64,000 nt of DNA, from positions 9,132 through 73,131 of IMG/VR virus record IMGVR_UViG_3300034150_000083; one strand, given 5' to 3'. Source of the stretch: a virus (Duplodnaviria; Caudoviricetes). The notes below the pieces were generated by a model that saw only the letters and a list, made by a program, of their open reading frames with translations, made no database searches and was not told the origin of the DNA. Positions within the stretch are counted from its first letter, which is position 1. Each line of letters begins with the position of its first letter. The translations under genes and the position numbers were made by a program. Of this stretch, positions 49,649 through 57,488 are shown piece by piece.

Positions 49649-50506
49649 ATGAAATCACTGCCATATTTCCACTGGTATCCAGCGGATGCCGAAACAGATG
49701 AGAACTTCTCTGCCATGAGTGATGAGGAGGTAGGATTCCTCCTCCGCTGCCTGAATCACAGTTGGATCAACGGCAGTCTGCCAGCAGACCTCAAGGCACT
49801 GGCACGTACCAGGAAGGTCAACTACAACCACCTAGTGAAAATGTGGTTACGGGTAGGGCGGTGTTTTCAGCCCTCAGAAAGTGACCCTAGTCGTCTTGTA
49901 AACAAACGTCAGGAAGAGGAACGCGCAAAGGCTGTAAACAAAAGCCTTGCCGCATCAAAGTCCGTTCGGACTCGCTACGAAAGCTCTACGAACGTAGATA
50001 CGAACGTAGTACGTTCGAAGGACGTTCGTAGCGAAAACGTAGCTCTACGCGCGTCTGAATCTGAATCTGTATCTGTAGCTTCTTGTTCTTCTGATTCCGG
50101 AACGGAAAAATCTCCAGTTCTAGTAACCCCTTCGAAAGCTCGTTGGGAAGTCGACGACCAGTTCGCGGCGTTTGTCTCGGCGTGGCGGGAAGCGCAACCC
50201 AACTGCCTCCCCAGCGAGTTCGATGACGCCTACCGGCCCTTCCTGGCCCTCGCCTTCGACCAGAGGGTCGCGGCGGTCAGGGGGATCAGCCAGCGCGTCA
50301 GGACGGGCCTCTGGACGCCAGCAAAGTGGCAAATGTGCGGGAAGCCTGCCAAGTATCTCCAAGCGGAATGGAGGCGCGTCATCCCAGAGGCGGTCGACGT
50401 TCCCCGCAAGCAATCGAAGGGAGAGATCCTGATGGCAGAAATGAACGAGTGGGCGGAAGAGGAGGATCGGCGCCGTGCAGAAGTTAACCGCCGCGCAGGC
50501 AACTAG
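49649..50506 (+). CDS. Replication initiator (YdaU/DUF1376-like N-terminus, lambda-O-like layout)
   Basis: LPYFHWYPAD..F..MSDEEVG.L.R.L..SW N-terminus; central low-complexity linker that overlaps DNA repeats. Confidence 0.75.
   Translation: MKSLPYFHWYPADAETDENFSAMSDEEVGFLLRCLNHSWINGSLPADLKALARTRKVNYNHLVKMWLRVGRCFQPSESDPSRLVNKRQEEERAKAVNKSLAASKSVRTRYESSTNVDTNVVRSKDVRSENVALRASESESVSVASCSSDSGTEKSPVLVTPSKARWEVDDQFAAFVSAWREAQPNCLPSEFDDAYRPFLALAFDQRVAAVRGISQRVRTGLWTPAKWQMCGKPAKYLQAEWRRVIPEAVDVPRKQSKGEILMAEMNEWAEEEDRRRAEVNRRAGN
49975..50100. repeat. Putative replication origin: iteron-like TACGAACGTAG repeats plus a TCTG(A/T)A tract
   Basis: CTACGAACGTAG 49986-49997, ATACGAACGTAG 49998-50009, inverted ACGTTCGTAG 50022-50031, then TCTGAATCTGAATCTGTATCTGTA. 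Confidence 0.65.
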
Positions 50507-51005
50507 GCAAATCAACCGTCTGAGCGGTCTTCCCCGCTTCGCCGAACTGGGCAAGCCGGGAATCGGCGAAATGGTCCGCGTGCTTTGCGACCGTGCCTCA
50601 GGCGAGGACCATGCCGAGCGCACGGTCACCGCCTGGATCGACAACAACAAGTGGCTGCCCACTTGCGCGGAGTTGATCGAGGCGCTCGACCTGACGCCGG
50701 CGAAAACCGCGGCGCTCAAGCCGAACTGGGAGTGCGACCACTGTCAGGGGAGCGCCTTCGAACGCACTTGGCTCCTGGTGACCTACGTGCGCCATCCGAG
50801 CGGGCACCAGAAAGACTGCGAGGAGAAGGAAATCACGGCTGAGGTGGCCGCGCAACTGATAACCGAGGTCGACGGCCACTACCAGAAAGTCGCCAGCGCC
50901 GTGAAGTACTGTCGGTGCAGTTTCGGACAGGAGATCAAACGGCAGCGGATTGCCAGAATGCACGAGGACGAACAGAAGTCTCACAAGGGCAGCAGGAGGG
51001 CATGA
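50475..51005 (+). CDS. Initiator-associated protein (helicase loader/inhibitor-like) with a Cys cluster
   Basis: Overlaps the initiator 3' end; WLPTCAEL, CDHC..CRC. Confidence 0.55.
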   Translation: MQKLTAAQATRQINRLSGLPRFAELGKPGIGEMVRVLCDRASGEDHAERTVTAWIDNNKWLPTCAELIEALDLTPAKTAALKPNWECDHCQGSAFERTWLLVTYVRHPSGHQKDCEEKEITAEVAAQLITEVDGHYQKVASAVKYCRCSFGQEIKRQRIARMHEDEQKSHKGSRRA

Positions 51006-51148
51006 TGACTCTCGAGGAGCTTCAAAAGGCCATGGAGAAGAAGTGGGAACGTCTGCCGGCGGAACCGACCAAGCCCAAGGGCGAGAAGATCACCGAGCGG
51101 AGCGAAGCCGAGATCAACCAACTGCTGAAGGACATTGGAGCCGTATGA
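51002..51148 (+). CDS. Small hypothetical protein
   Basis: SD AGGAGG; ATGA coupling on both sides. Confidence 0.55.
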   Translation: MMTLEELQKAMEKKWERLPAEPTKPKGEKITERSEAEINQLLKDIGAV

Positions 51149-51384
51149 GCGACAACGACGCAATGGCGACCCTCCGCTTTGACTTCCCCGAGATGGCGGT
51201 GCGCCTCGCCGAGGCTATGCACAACGCCCGGCGGCCGCCCGGGCGCTCCACGGGGCAGATACTGGATGCGATGCACAAGCACAAGGCTGCCGAGCTGATG
51301 CGCGGCGCGCAGGCGATGCGCGATTATTTCGAGGAGGTCATCGCCCAAGCGGTATTCGGCACCGGGAAAGAGAGAGTCCAGTGA
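51145..51384 (+). CDS. Hypothetical protein
   Basis: ATG 51145 after GGAG; coupled. Confidence 0.6.
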   Translation: MSDNDAMATLRFDFPEMAVRLAEAMHNARRPPGRSTGQILDAMHKHKAAELMRGAQAMRDYFEEVIAQAVFGTGKERVQ

Positions 51385-51644
51385 ACCTGACCCGCAGCGA
51401 CCTCGTCAACATCGAGAAAGGCAAGACGGTCGAGTTCGACCAGTGCGAGATGGCGGTCCTCATCGCCGAGGGGATCTTCCACACGCCGCGCCCGCCGGAC
51501 CTGACCGCCGAGCAGTTCGTCGAGCGCCTCGGGCCGAAGGTCGGGCAGCGGTTCATGGATGCCGCCGAGAACGTCTACCGCTATTTCGCCACGCAGCTCA
51601 ACCATACCGGGATCGTGGAGAAGGTGATCAAGGTCGAGCCATGA
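51381..51644 (+). CDS. Hypothetical protein
   Basis: GTGA/ATGA coupling; composition similar to the preceding gene. Confidence 0.6.
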   Translation: MNLTRSDLVNIEKGKTVEFDQCEMAVLIAEGIFHTPRPPDLTAEQFVERLGPKVGQRFMDAAENVYRYFATQLNHTGIVEKVIKVEP

Positions 51645-52618
51645 GCGCCATCATCCAGCCCGGCAAAAATATCCAGAAGAACCGGGTCGATGCCATCGAG
51701 ACGATCCTGACTTTTCTGTTCATGTGCGAAAGCGCCAACGACGATATCGACGCCCACGAGTGGAAGTACGAGTGCCCCGAAGGCTATCAAGCGATGAAGA
51801 AGTTCTTCGACTTCCCCCTGTCGCACTTTGACGGTGCCGAAGCCTCCTGGCTCTACGAGTCGCTGCGGGGGATGCAGAACCACGAGAAGCTGTACTACTT
51901 TCCGACCGACCCAAAGGATCAGGAGGAGTTGATCCAACTGCCGATCAAGTGGGACGCCTGCCAAGCCACCTACTACGACGCGATTCCGGACGTTTACGAC
52001 GACGTGAAGGCCACCTACCTCATGTCGCTGCGGCGCGTGAGGGAAGTCCCGCTCAAGATGGTCCGGGGCCTGTTCCGGCTCCGCTCCTCCAAGGTGGTCG
52101 AACAGGCGATCGCGCACCTGTTCAACAACGGCACATACCGTACCACCCGCCAGTTTCTGCAGTATTTCGGGGGCACTTGGCACATCGTGGCCGCGCCGTT
52201 TGAATTTGAAAAGCCGGAGCCGCTCGACGAAGAAGAGAGCATCTCGCTGCTCGGGTTCAAGTCGATGTCGTTCACCAACGAATACGAGTGGTACGTCAAC
52301 GTGGGCTACAACCGGGCGGTGATGCCCACTATCGCGATCGGGACCGATCCGCTCGGGGCCAAGGAAGTCTTCAAACTGCGCGACATCCCGCCAGGCCGCT
52401 CGCGCCGCGAAGCCCTGCGCAACTGGGTCTCGGGCCACTGGCGACAGGCGCGGCGCGAGGAAAACCCGGAGACCTACATCTGGCCGCACTTGCGGGGCGC
52501 TGAAGAGTTTACCTGGAACGGCTTGTACTGCAAGATCCAGCCGTCGCCCTACGATCTGCGGAAGGCCGCCGAATATCAAAAACTCAAGGGGGTGTCGAGT
52601 GCTCGGACGAAGGTGTGA
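51641..52618 (+). CDS. Hypothetical protein with a C-terminal WVSGHWR..IWPHLRG motif
   Basis: ATG 51641 coupled to the upstream stop; aromatic-rich globular sequence. Confidence 0.7.
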   Translation: MSAIIQPGKNIQKNRVDAIETILTFLFMCESANDDIDAHEWKYECPEGYQAMKKFFDFPLSHFDGAEASWLYESLRGMQNHEKLYYFPTDPKDQEELIQLPIKWDACQATYYDAIPDVYDDVKATYLMSLRRVREVPLKMVRGLFRLRSSKVVEQAIAHLFNNGTYRTTRQFLQYFGGTWHIVAAPFEFEKPEPLDEEESISLLGFKSMSFTNEYEWYVNVGYNRAVMPTIAIGTDPLGAKEVFKLRDIPPGRSRREALRNWVSGHWRQARREENPETYIWPHLRGAEEFTWNGLYCKIQPSPYDLRKAAEYQKLKGVSSARTKV

Positions 52619-52752
52619 GAACTGCGGGAAGATCGTGGCCGCGTGGATGCCCTGCCACTGCCTGCCGAATGCGCCGGAACTGCTGCGGCTGCATGTGAGC
52701 CGGCACGCTGGTGGCGGAAGGAATCAGGAGTGGAACACCGTTCGCCGCATAC

Positions 52753-53214
52753 CTAAGGCTTAGGTTTGTACAGCAAGTGCTGGCCCGCATGACTGACGTG
52801 GACGCTGCCGTCCGGCTTCCGCACCGTCTGCCATCCCGCCTGCTTGAAACAGTAGCCGGGATTGACGCTCTTGATCTTCGCCGGGTCGACGTAGGTGTAC
52901 AGGCGGTTAGGGCCCCAGCGCTCGAAGGCAATCTCTTCGCATTCGAGGATGATGTCGCTCGAGCGCCGCGAGGACTCGTTGCGGAAGATGGCGCAGTTGT
53001 AGCCCGTCTGGCCGTCCATCCGCTTGTCCTCGTCCGGAAACATCCAGCCGAAGAGCACGTCGCCGGGCGCATCGCGGATGACGATCTTGCGACCGCTGTA
53101 CAGGAACTGCCGGGCGCCGACCGTCCGGCGGGAATAGTGACGGTCGGCCAGCATGGCCATTTCCCCATCGAAGTGGGTGGTGACGATGAGCTTGTCTGAG
53201 AAGGCGAATCTCAA
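52753..53214 (-). CDS. Mom-like GNAT-fold DNA modification protein (tentative)
   Basis: HYSRR near the N-terminus; LYTYVDP..NPGYCFKQAGW resembles Mom-family SYAD..G.IY.A.GW. Confidence 0.55.
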   Translation of the reverse strand: MRFAFSDKLIVTTHFDGEMAMLADRHYSRRTVGARQFLYSGRKIVIRDAPGDVLFGWMFPDEDKRMDGQTGYNCAIFRNESSRRSSDIILECEEIAFERWGPNRLYTYVDPAKIKSVNPGYCFKQAGWQTVRKPDGSVHVSHAGQHLLYKPKP

Positions 53215-53441
53215 AGGCGTCCCAGTACCGCCAGTTTAAGGCGGCCGTAGAGTTTGCCGGCGTGATAGGCGACCTTCTCGGGCCAGACCAGATCCCGGCA
53301 GTGGACCTGAGAGCCGTCGACGAAGAGCACACGCATCAGCCGCCGTTCGCCCGTCATGCCGTAGAGCGCGATAATCTGGCCGGGGAAGGCCCCCCGGAAG
53401 TGGGGGGCCGTCAGTTCTACGAGAGGACGGGGGTTCGGCAT
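53211..53441 (-). CDS. Hypothetical protein
   Basis: Coupled to the downstream gene. Confidence 0.5.
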   Translation of the reverse strand: MPNPRPLVELTAPHFRGAFPGQIIALYGMTGERRLMRVLFVDGSQVHCRDLVWPEKVAYHAGKLYGRLKLAVLGRL

Positions 53442-53758
53442 ACGATGGCACCCGTGCTATCGATGGTCACGGTCGCGCCGTCCGGCCACGTAAACACCGC
53501 CTGCATGGCTCCGGACTCCTGGACGACGTAGGAGATCCGCTGTAAGGCGGCGATGATTCCGGAGGTCGAGATCTCGATCGGCGCGGCGGGCCGCTTGGCC
53601 GCGCGCTTGGCGTGTACCATCTCGACGATCTCCGTATCCCTCGCCACCGCGAGAGCCTCCTTGCGCTTGCGCGCGGTGTACTTCTTCATGTAGGCGCGCC
53701 GATTGGCGCGTTGTTCATCAGTTGGCATTGGGTTCCTTTTCAAGTTGTATGGCGTCAC
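53417..53758 (-). CDS. Hypothetical protein with a basic N-terminus
   Basis: Likely start MPTDEQ after AAGGA, coupled to the recombinase stop. Confidence 0.55.
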   Translation of the reverse strand: MTPYNLKRNPMPTDEQRANRRAYMKKYTARKRKEALAVARDTEIVEMVHAKRAAKRPAAPIEISTSGIIAALQRISYVVQESGAMQAVFTWPDGATVTIDSTGAIVCRTPVLS

Positions 53759-54572
53759 ACGCCGGATTTGCGAGGTCCACTGTTGTACACAGATATCGGT
53801 TGGTCACCGCGAGGGACGAGTGCCCGAGCGTGACCTGAATTTGGGTGAGGTCGGCTTTGCCCTTCAAGGCGAGGCGGGCAAAAGTGCGGCGGAGATCGTG
53901 CGGCGCGAGCTGCGGAACGCCGATCCGCTTCCCGGCCTTTTTCACGATCGCGTGAATGTGATCGGCGGTGATCCCGCCGTCGAGGAGCCGCTTGCCGCGC
54001 ACTCCCCGCAGCACGGTCCCGCTGGAGATGCCCGCCGCGCCGAGCCAGTCGTGCAGAGCCTTGACGCTCCAGGCCGGCAGCGGCACTGTCCGGACCCGCT
54101 GCCCTTTCCCGGTGATGTCGAGCAGCACGGTGCGCCCGTCGAGGGTCTGGACATGGGCCACGGTGAGAGCGGCGAGCTCGGACCTTCGCAGCGCGCACCC
54201 GCAGAGCAGTGCCAGCAGGCAGCGGTCGCGCGCCTCGGAGAGCTTGGCCGACGGCGAGAGCAGCGCGGTCACCTGATCGAGCGAGAGCCAAGTGCCCATC
54301 CTGACGCCGCGCACCGGGATCGTCTTGATCGCCTCGATCCCCGCCAGTTCTTGCGCCGGGGCCGTCTGGCGCGCCAGATGTTTCAGCGCCGCCAGGTGCA
54401 GGTTCACGGTATTGGGCGCATAGCCCGAGTCCCGGCGCTCGGCCACGTAGCGCTGAATGGACGCCGCGGTCATCTCGCCGTCGTAGTTGCGCCAGATCGC
54501 CGCGTAACGGTCGCGCGAGTTCCGCGAGTTGAGCGTTTCCAGGTGCGTGTTCATTTGGGTGCCCGCGCCCAC
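53718..54572 (-). CDS. Tyrosine recombinase/integrase, short Xer-like
   Basis: Catalytic set R (LRRSE), K (GKGQ), HDLRR, LGH, TNRY; no N-terminal arm-binding domain. Confidence 0.92.
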   Translation of the reverse strand: MGAGTQMNTHLETLNSRNSRDRYAAIWRNYDGEMTAASIQRYVAERRDSGYAPNTVNLHLAALKHLARQTAPAQELAGIEAIKTIPVRGVRMGTWLSLDQVTALLSPSAKLSEARDRCLLALLCGCALRRSELAALTVAHVQTLDGRTVLLDITGKGQRVRTVPLPAWSVKALHDWLGAAGISSGTVLRGVRGKRLLDGGITADHIHAIVKKAGKRIGVPQLAPHDLRRTFARLALKGKADLTQIQVTLGHSSLAVTNRYLCTTVDLANPACDAIQLEKEPNAN

Positions 54573-54742
54573 AGACTCAGAATGAGCCTCGCCATAATCT
54601 GGTCCGGCTTATTCAGACGGTCGGTCAGCCGCACCGACCCGTACCCGCCGTTCACCACCACCGAGCCGTCTTCCTCGGCATACGCTTCAAACGCGGGCAT
54701 GCGCGTTTCCTCAGGGAGTGTCAATATAATCAATCGGTCCAC
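54551..54742 (-). CDS. Small hypothetical protein
   Basis: First gene of the leftward unit; SD GAGG. Confidence 0.5.
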   Translation of the reverse strand: MDRLIILTLPEETRMPAFEAYAEEDGSVVVNGGYGSVRLTDRLNKPDQIMARLILSLWARAPK

Positions 54743-54751
54743 CTCGCTATC

Positions 54752-54798
54752 ATTCTAAGCGAATCGGTCTTGAGATCGCAAATAATTGTGTTTACAAT
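54752..54798. promoter_or_regulatory. Overlapping divergent promoters
   Basis: Rightward TTGAGA(54770)-N17-TACAAT(54793-54798); leftward TTGCGA(54781-54776)-N18-TAGAAT(54757-54752); AT-rich island. Confidence 0.65.
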
Positions 54799-54807
54799 AG
54801 GATTGTA

Positions 54808-55065
54808 ATGCCACACGTCGTTATGAAGCTATTGAGCAACGAGGAGGTCGACCTCCTGCACAGCAAAGCGGAAGCCATCGCGCTCTCGATGAGCGACTAC
54901 CTCCGCAAGCGCGCCGGGTTCGAACCGATCCGCCGGCGCGTGGGCCGCCCGCCCCAGACCGTCGTCGAGTGCCCCCGGTGCAAGGCGACGGTCGGCGCGT
55001 CCGGATTCGCCAAGCACACCAAGGCGCACTTCGCCGAGGACCGCAAGAAGAAGCGCAAGCCATGA
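54808..55065 (+). CDS. Ribbon-helix-helix-like regulator with a C-terminal C2H2-type Zn finger
   Basis: LSNEE..L..KA....LSMSDYLR plus CPRC..HTKAH; ATG only 9 nt after the -10 (leaderless-like). Confidence 0.65.
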   Translation: MPHVVMKLLSNEEVDLLHSKAEAIALSMSDYLRKRAGFEPIRRRVGRPPQTVVECPRCKATVGASGFAKHTKAHFAEDRKKKRKP

Positions 55066-55541
55066 TCAACGAAATGCGGGTCAACGAAGCCGTCTATCAT
55101 CTGAAGCGCGGGCAGTTCGTCCGATCGAATGAGTACTGCCCCAAGCTCCCCTGCCGTTCCCAGATCGCGGGCTACTGCGAGATCTGCCTCGGCACCGGAT
55201 TCATTTACGTCAGAAAGGACATCATGGATACCTCAATCCTCAAGAACCTGGACACCTCGCGGTTCACGCTTGACGAGGTGATGGAACTGGGCTGCGCGGC
55301 CAATACGCTCTCCCAGTACTACACCGCGCACGAGATCGAGACGCCGCTCTGGCTGCTCGATGCCGAGCGCAAACTGATCACCGCCATCAACGAGAAGCAC
55401 AAGCTCGTGCTGATGGAGAAGGAAAGCCGGATGAAGGCCGAGATCGACGAACTGGCCCCCAAGGAAGAAAAGCGGGCCAAGCTCAAGAAGGATCTGGCGA
55501 AGCTGAAAGGAAAGCTCGGCAATGGAAACACAGCCGCCTGA
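55062..55541 (+). CDS. Hypothetical protein (alternative start ATG 55224)
   Basis: ATGA coupling; C-terminal coiled coil. Confidence 0.55.
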   Translation: MINEMRVNEAVYHLKRGQFVRSNEYCPKLPCRSQIAGYCEICLGTGFIYVRKDIMDTSILKNLDTSRFTLDEVMELGCAANTLSQYYTAHEIETPLWLLDAERKLITAINEKHKLVLMEKESRMKAEIDELAPKEEKRAKLKKDLAKLKGKLGNGNTAA

Positions 55542-55875
55542 GCCGTCTCCCGAGCAGGTCTCGCTCGATTCGGTCTGGGAGTCGCTCATGCAGATCGCCA
55601 AGAACGATGGACTCATCCCGCTGAACAAACTGCCCGGCCTCTGGATCTTCGAACTGGGCGACTACTGCCTCTCGCTCAACCCGCACCCGGAGAAGATCGG
55701 CGACGTGGAGAAGTTCCATCTCGTCGTCGAGTGGCGCGACCTGCCGGCGGGGATCCTCACTTGGGATCACGCCGAATTCGTCCTCAGCGAGAACGTCAAT
55801 ATCCATCTCCTGGCGGCGGCGCTCAGAGAGCGTGCGGGATTGACAGAGGCTGCTACTCTGTCTGGCGAGGGATAA
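55522..55875 (+). CDS. Hypothetical protein
   Basis: SD AAAGGA; overlaps the upstream stop. Confidence 0.6.
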   Translation: METQPPEPSPEQVSLDSVWESLMQIAKNDGLIPLNKLPGLWIFELGDYCLSLNPHPEKIGDVEKFHLVVEWRDLPAGILTWDHAEFVLSENVNIHLLAAALRERAGLTEAATLSGEG

Positions 55876-55921
55876 TCGCCCGGCTTACTCGGAGGAGGGC
55901 CGAGCGGTGCCATTCCAAGAT

Positions 55922-55961
55922 GCGCGCGACGACGTTCCAGTCTTCGCGCGCCTTCTTATTT
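55922..55961 (+). terminator. Terminator-like hairpin directly before an RBS
   Basis: GCGCGCGA/TCGCGCGC stem followed by CTTCTTATTT. Confidence 0.4.
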
Positions 55962-55973
55962 GAGGTGAAAGGG

Positions 55974-56180
55974 ATGGAAAAACCAAAGCTACAGATTGTG
56001 ACGGACGGGGATAACTCGGCGGTCTTCTACATGCCGGACGACGTGGCCTCGGCACTGACGTTTCTCTACCTGGACCTGGAAGCGGGCCGGATCACCGAGA
56101 AGGAATACTACGAGCGCGCCGATAAGCTCCTGGCGGCGAACCGCAAGCGGATCGGCATGATCAAGAACATTGGAGGATAG
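55974..56180 (+). CDS. Hypothetical protein
   Basis: ATG 55974 after GAGGTGAAAGGG. Confidence 0.6.
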   Translation: MEKPKLQIVTDGDNSAVFYMPDDVASALTFLYLDLEAGRITEKEYYERADKLLAANRKRIGMIKNIGG

Positions 56181-56181
56181 C

Positions 56182-56361
56182 GTGGAACACCGCTGCGAAC
56201 AGAAGTACTTCATCAACGAAACCGAGCAGGAACGGTGCGAACAGCCCGCCACGCACTACTGCTCCAACTGCGACAAGGAGATCTGCGAGGACTGCGCGGC
56301 GACCTGCCACAACGCCTTCGCCTGCGAAGCCTATGAAGGCTTGAGACCCGCGGATGATTAA
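56182..56361 (+). CDS. B-box-like Zn-finger protein
   Basis: C..PATHYCSNCDKEICEDC..CH; GTG after GGAGGA. Confidence 0.65.
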   Translation: MEHRCEQKYFINETEQERCEQPATHYCSNCDKEICEDCAATCHNAFACEAYEGLRPADD

Positions 56362-57163
56362 GTTATCCGTCCTTGCCACCTCGAGCGCCGGCAACTCCAC
56401 GTTCCTGTCATGCGGCCGGACGCGCCTCCTGATCGACTGTGGCCTCAACCTGCAGGAGACCACCCGCCGCGTGGAAGCCATCGGCGAAGAGATCGACCTC
56501 GTCTCAGCCGTCCTTCTCACCCACCCGCATGGCGACCATTGCGCCGGACTCCCCACGCTGATCAAGCACTGGCGGCGCGCCGGGCGCCATGTGCCCGTCT
56601 ATTGTTCGATGGCAACCCACGATGAGCTGAAGGCGCTGATCCCGCCGCACTGGTACAAGCACGTCAGCCAGTACGACCGCTGGACGGTCGGAGACTTCCA
56701 GTGCGAAACCTTCCCCATCGAGCATGACTGCGGCGAACCGCTGGGGTTCACATGTCAGGTTGACAACGTCAGGTTGTCATTTGCTCTAGACCTTGGAGTT
56801 ATCGACGATGCGCTCGGCGAATACCTCGCCCGCGCCGACGTGCTGTTCCTCGAAGCCAATCACGATCCGGACATGTTGGCGGCGGGCCCTTACGCCTACA
56901 AGCTCAAGCAGCGCATTGCCAAAACGCATCTCTCGAATGGAGCAGCCGTCCGTTGGATCACCGAGCACATGACCGCGCGCACCCGCCACCTGTTGCTCGG
57001 CCACTTGTCCGTCACCACCAACGATCCGGAGCTGGTGCGCCTGACCGCCATGCAGGCTCTCAACGGGCGAGGTCTCGATTCGGGCGTACTCGAGGTTATT
57101 TCACCGGGAGAGGGGCCTTCGGGGCCGCTGTTGTTGGAGCAGGATCGGGACAAGGAACACTAG
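56354..57163 (+). CDS. MBL-fold metallohydrolase (YycJ/WalJ/PhnP-like)
   Basis: SSAGNS, LIDCG, THPHGDH, EHD, LEANHD, HLS motifs. Confidence 0.9.
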   Translation: MIKLSVLATSSAGNSTFLSCGRTRLLIDCGLNLQETTRRVEAIGEEIDLVSAVLLTHPHGDHCAGLPTLIKHWRRAGRHVPVYCSMATHDELKALIPPHWYKHVSQYDRWTVGDFQCETFPIEHDCGEPLGFTCQVDNVRLSFALDLGVIDDALGEYLARADVLFLEANHDPDMLAAGPYAYKLKQRIAKTHLSNGAAVRWITEHMTARTRHLLLGHLSVTTNDPELVRLTAMQALNGRGLDSGVLEVISPGEGPSGPLLLEQDRDKEH

Positions 57164-57401
57164 TGCTGCCTGGCACAACGCCGTCCGCGACGGTGATGGC
57201 GTAATAGCCGCCCATGATGAACGTGTCGGAGGCAATCGGCACGGTGATCTGGCAGGATGCCTGCGTGGCGGCTCCGGTAGGGGCCATCAACTGGAGCTGG
57301 ACCGAGACGCCGTCCGGCGTAGCAGAACCGATCGGGGGAGTGCCGCCGGGGGAGAGGGACTTGTTCTGGCAGCGGAGCGTCAACGCAAGGCTAGTTGGCA
57401 T
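57096..57401 (-). CDS. Hypothetical protein
   Basis: Convergent with the MBL gene and overlapping its 3' end. Confidence 0.45.
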   Translation of the reverse strand: MPTSLALTLRCQNKSLSPGGTPPIGSATPDGVSVQLQLMAPTGAATQASCQITVPIASDTFIMGGYYAITVADGVVPGSTSVPCPDPAPTTAAPKAPLPVK

Positions 57402-57488
57402 TCCGCCATTCTGTCATACTGATTTCAATCCCACATAACAAGGTTCGGGGGCGGTTGATCCATCGCTGGGCGCCGCCCCTCTCTTGTT

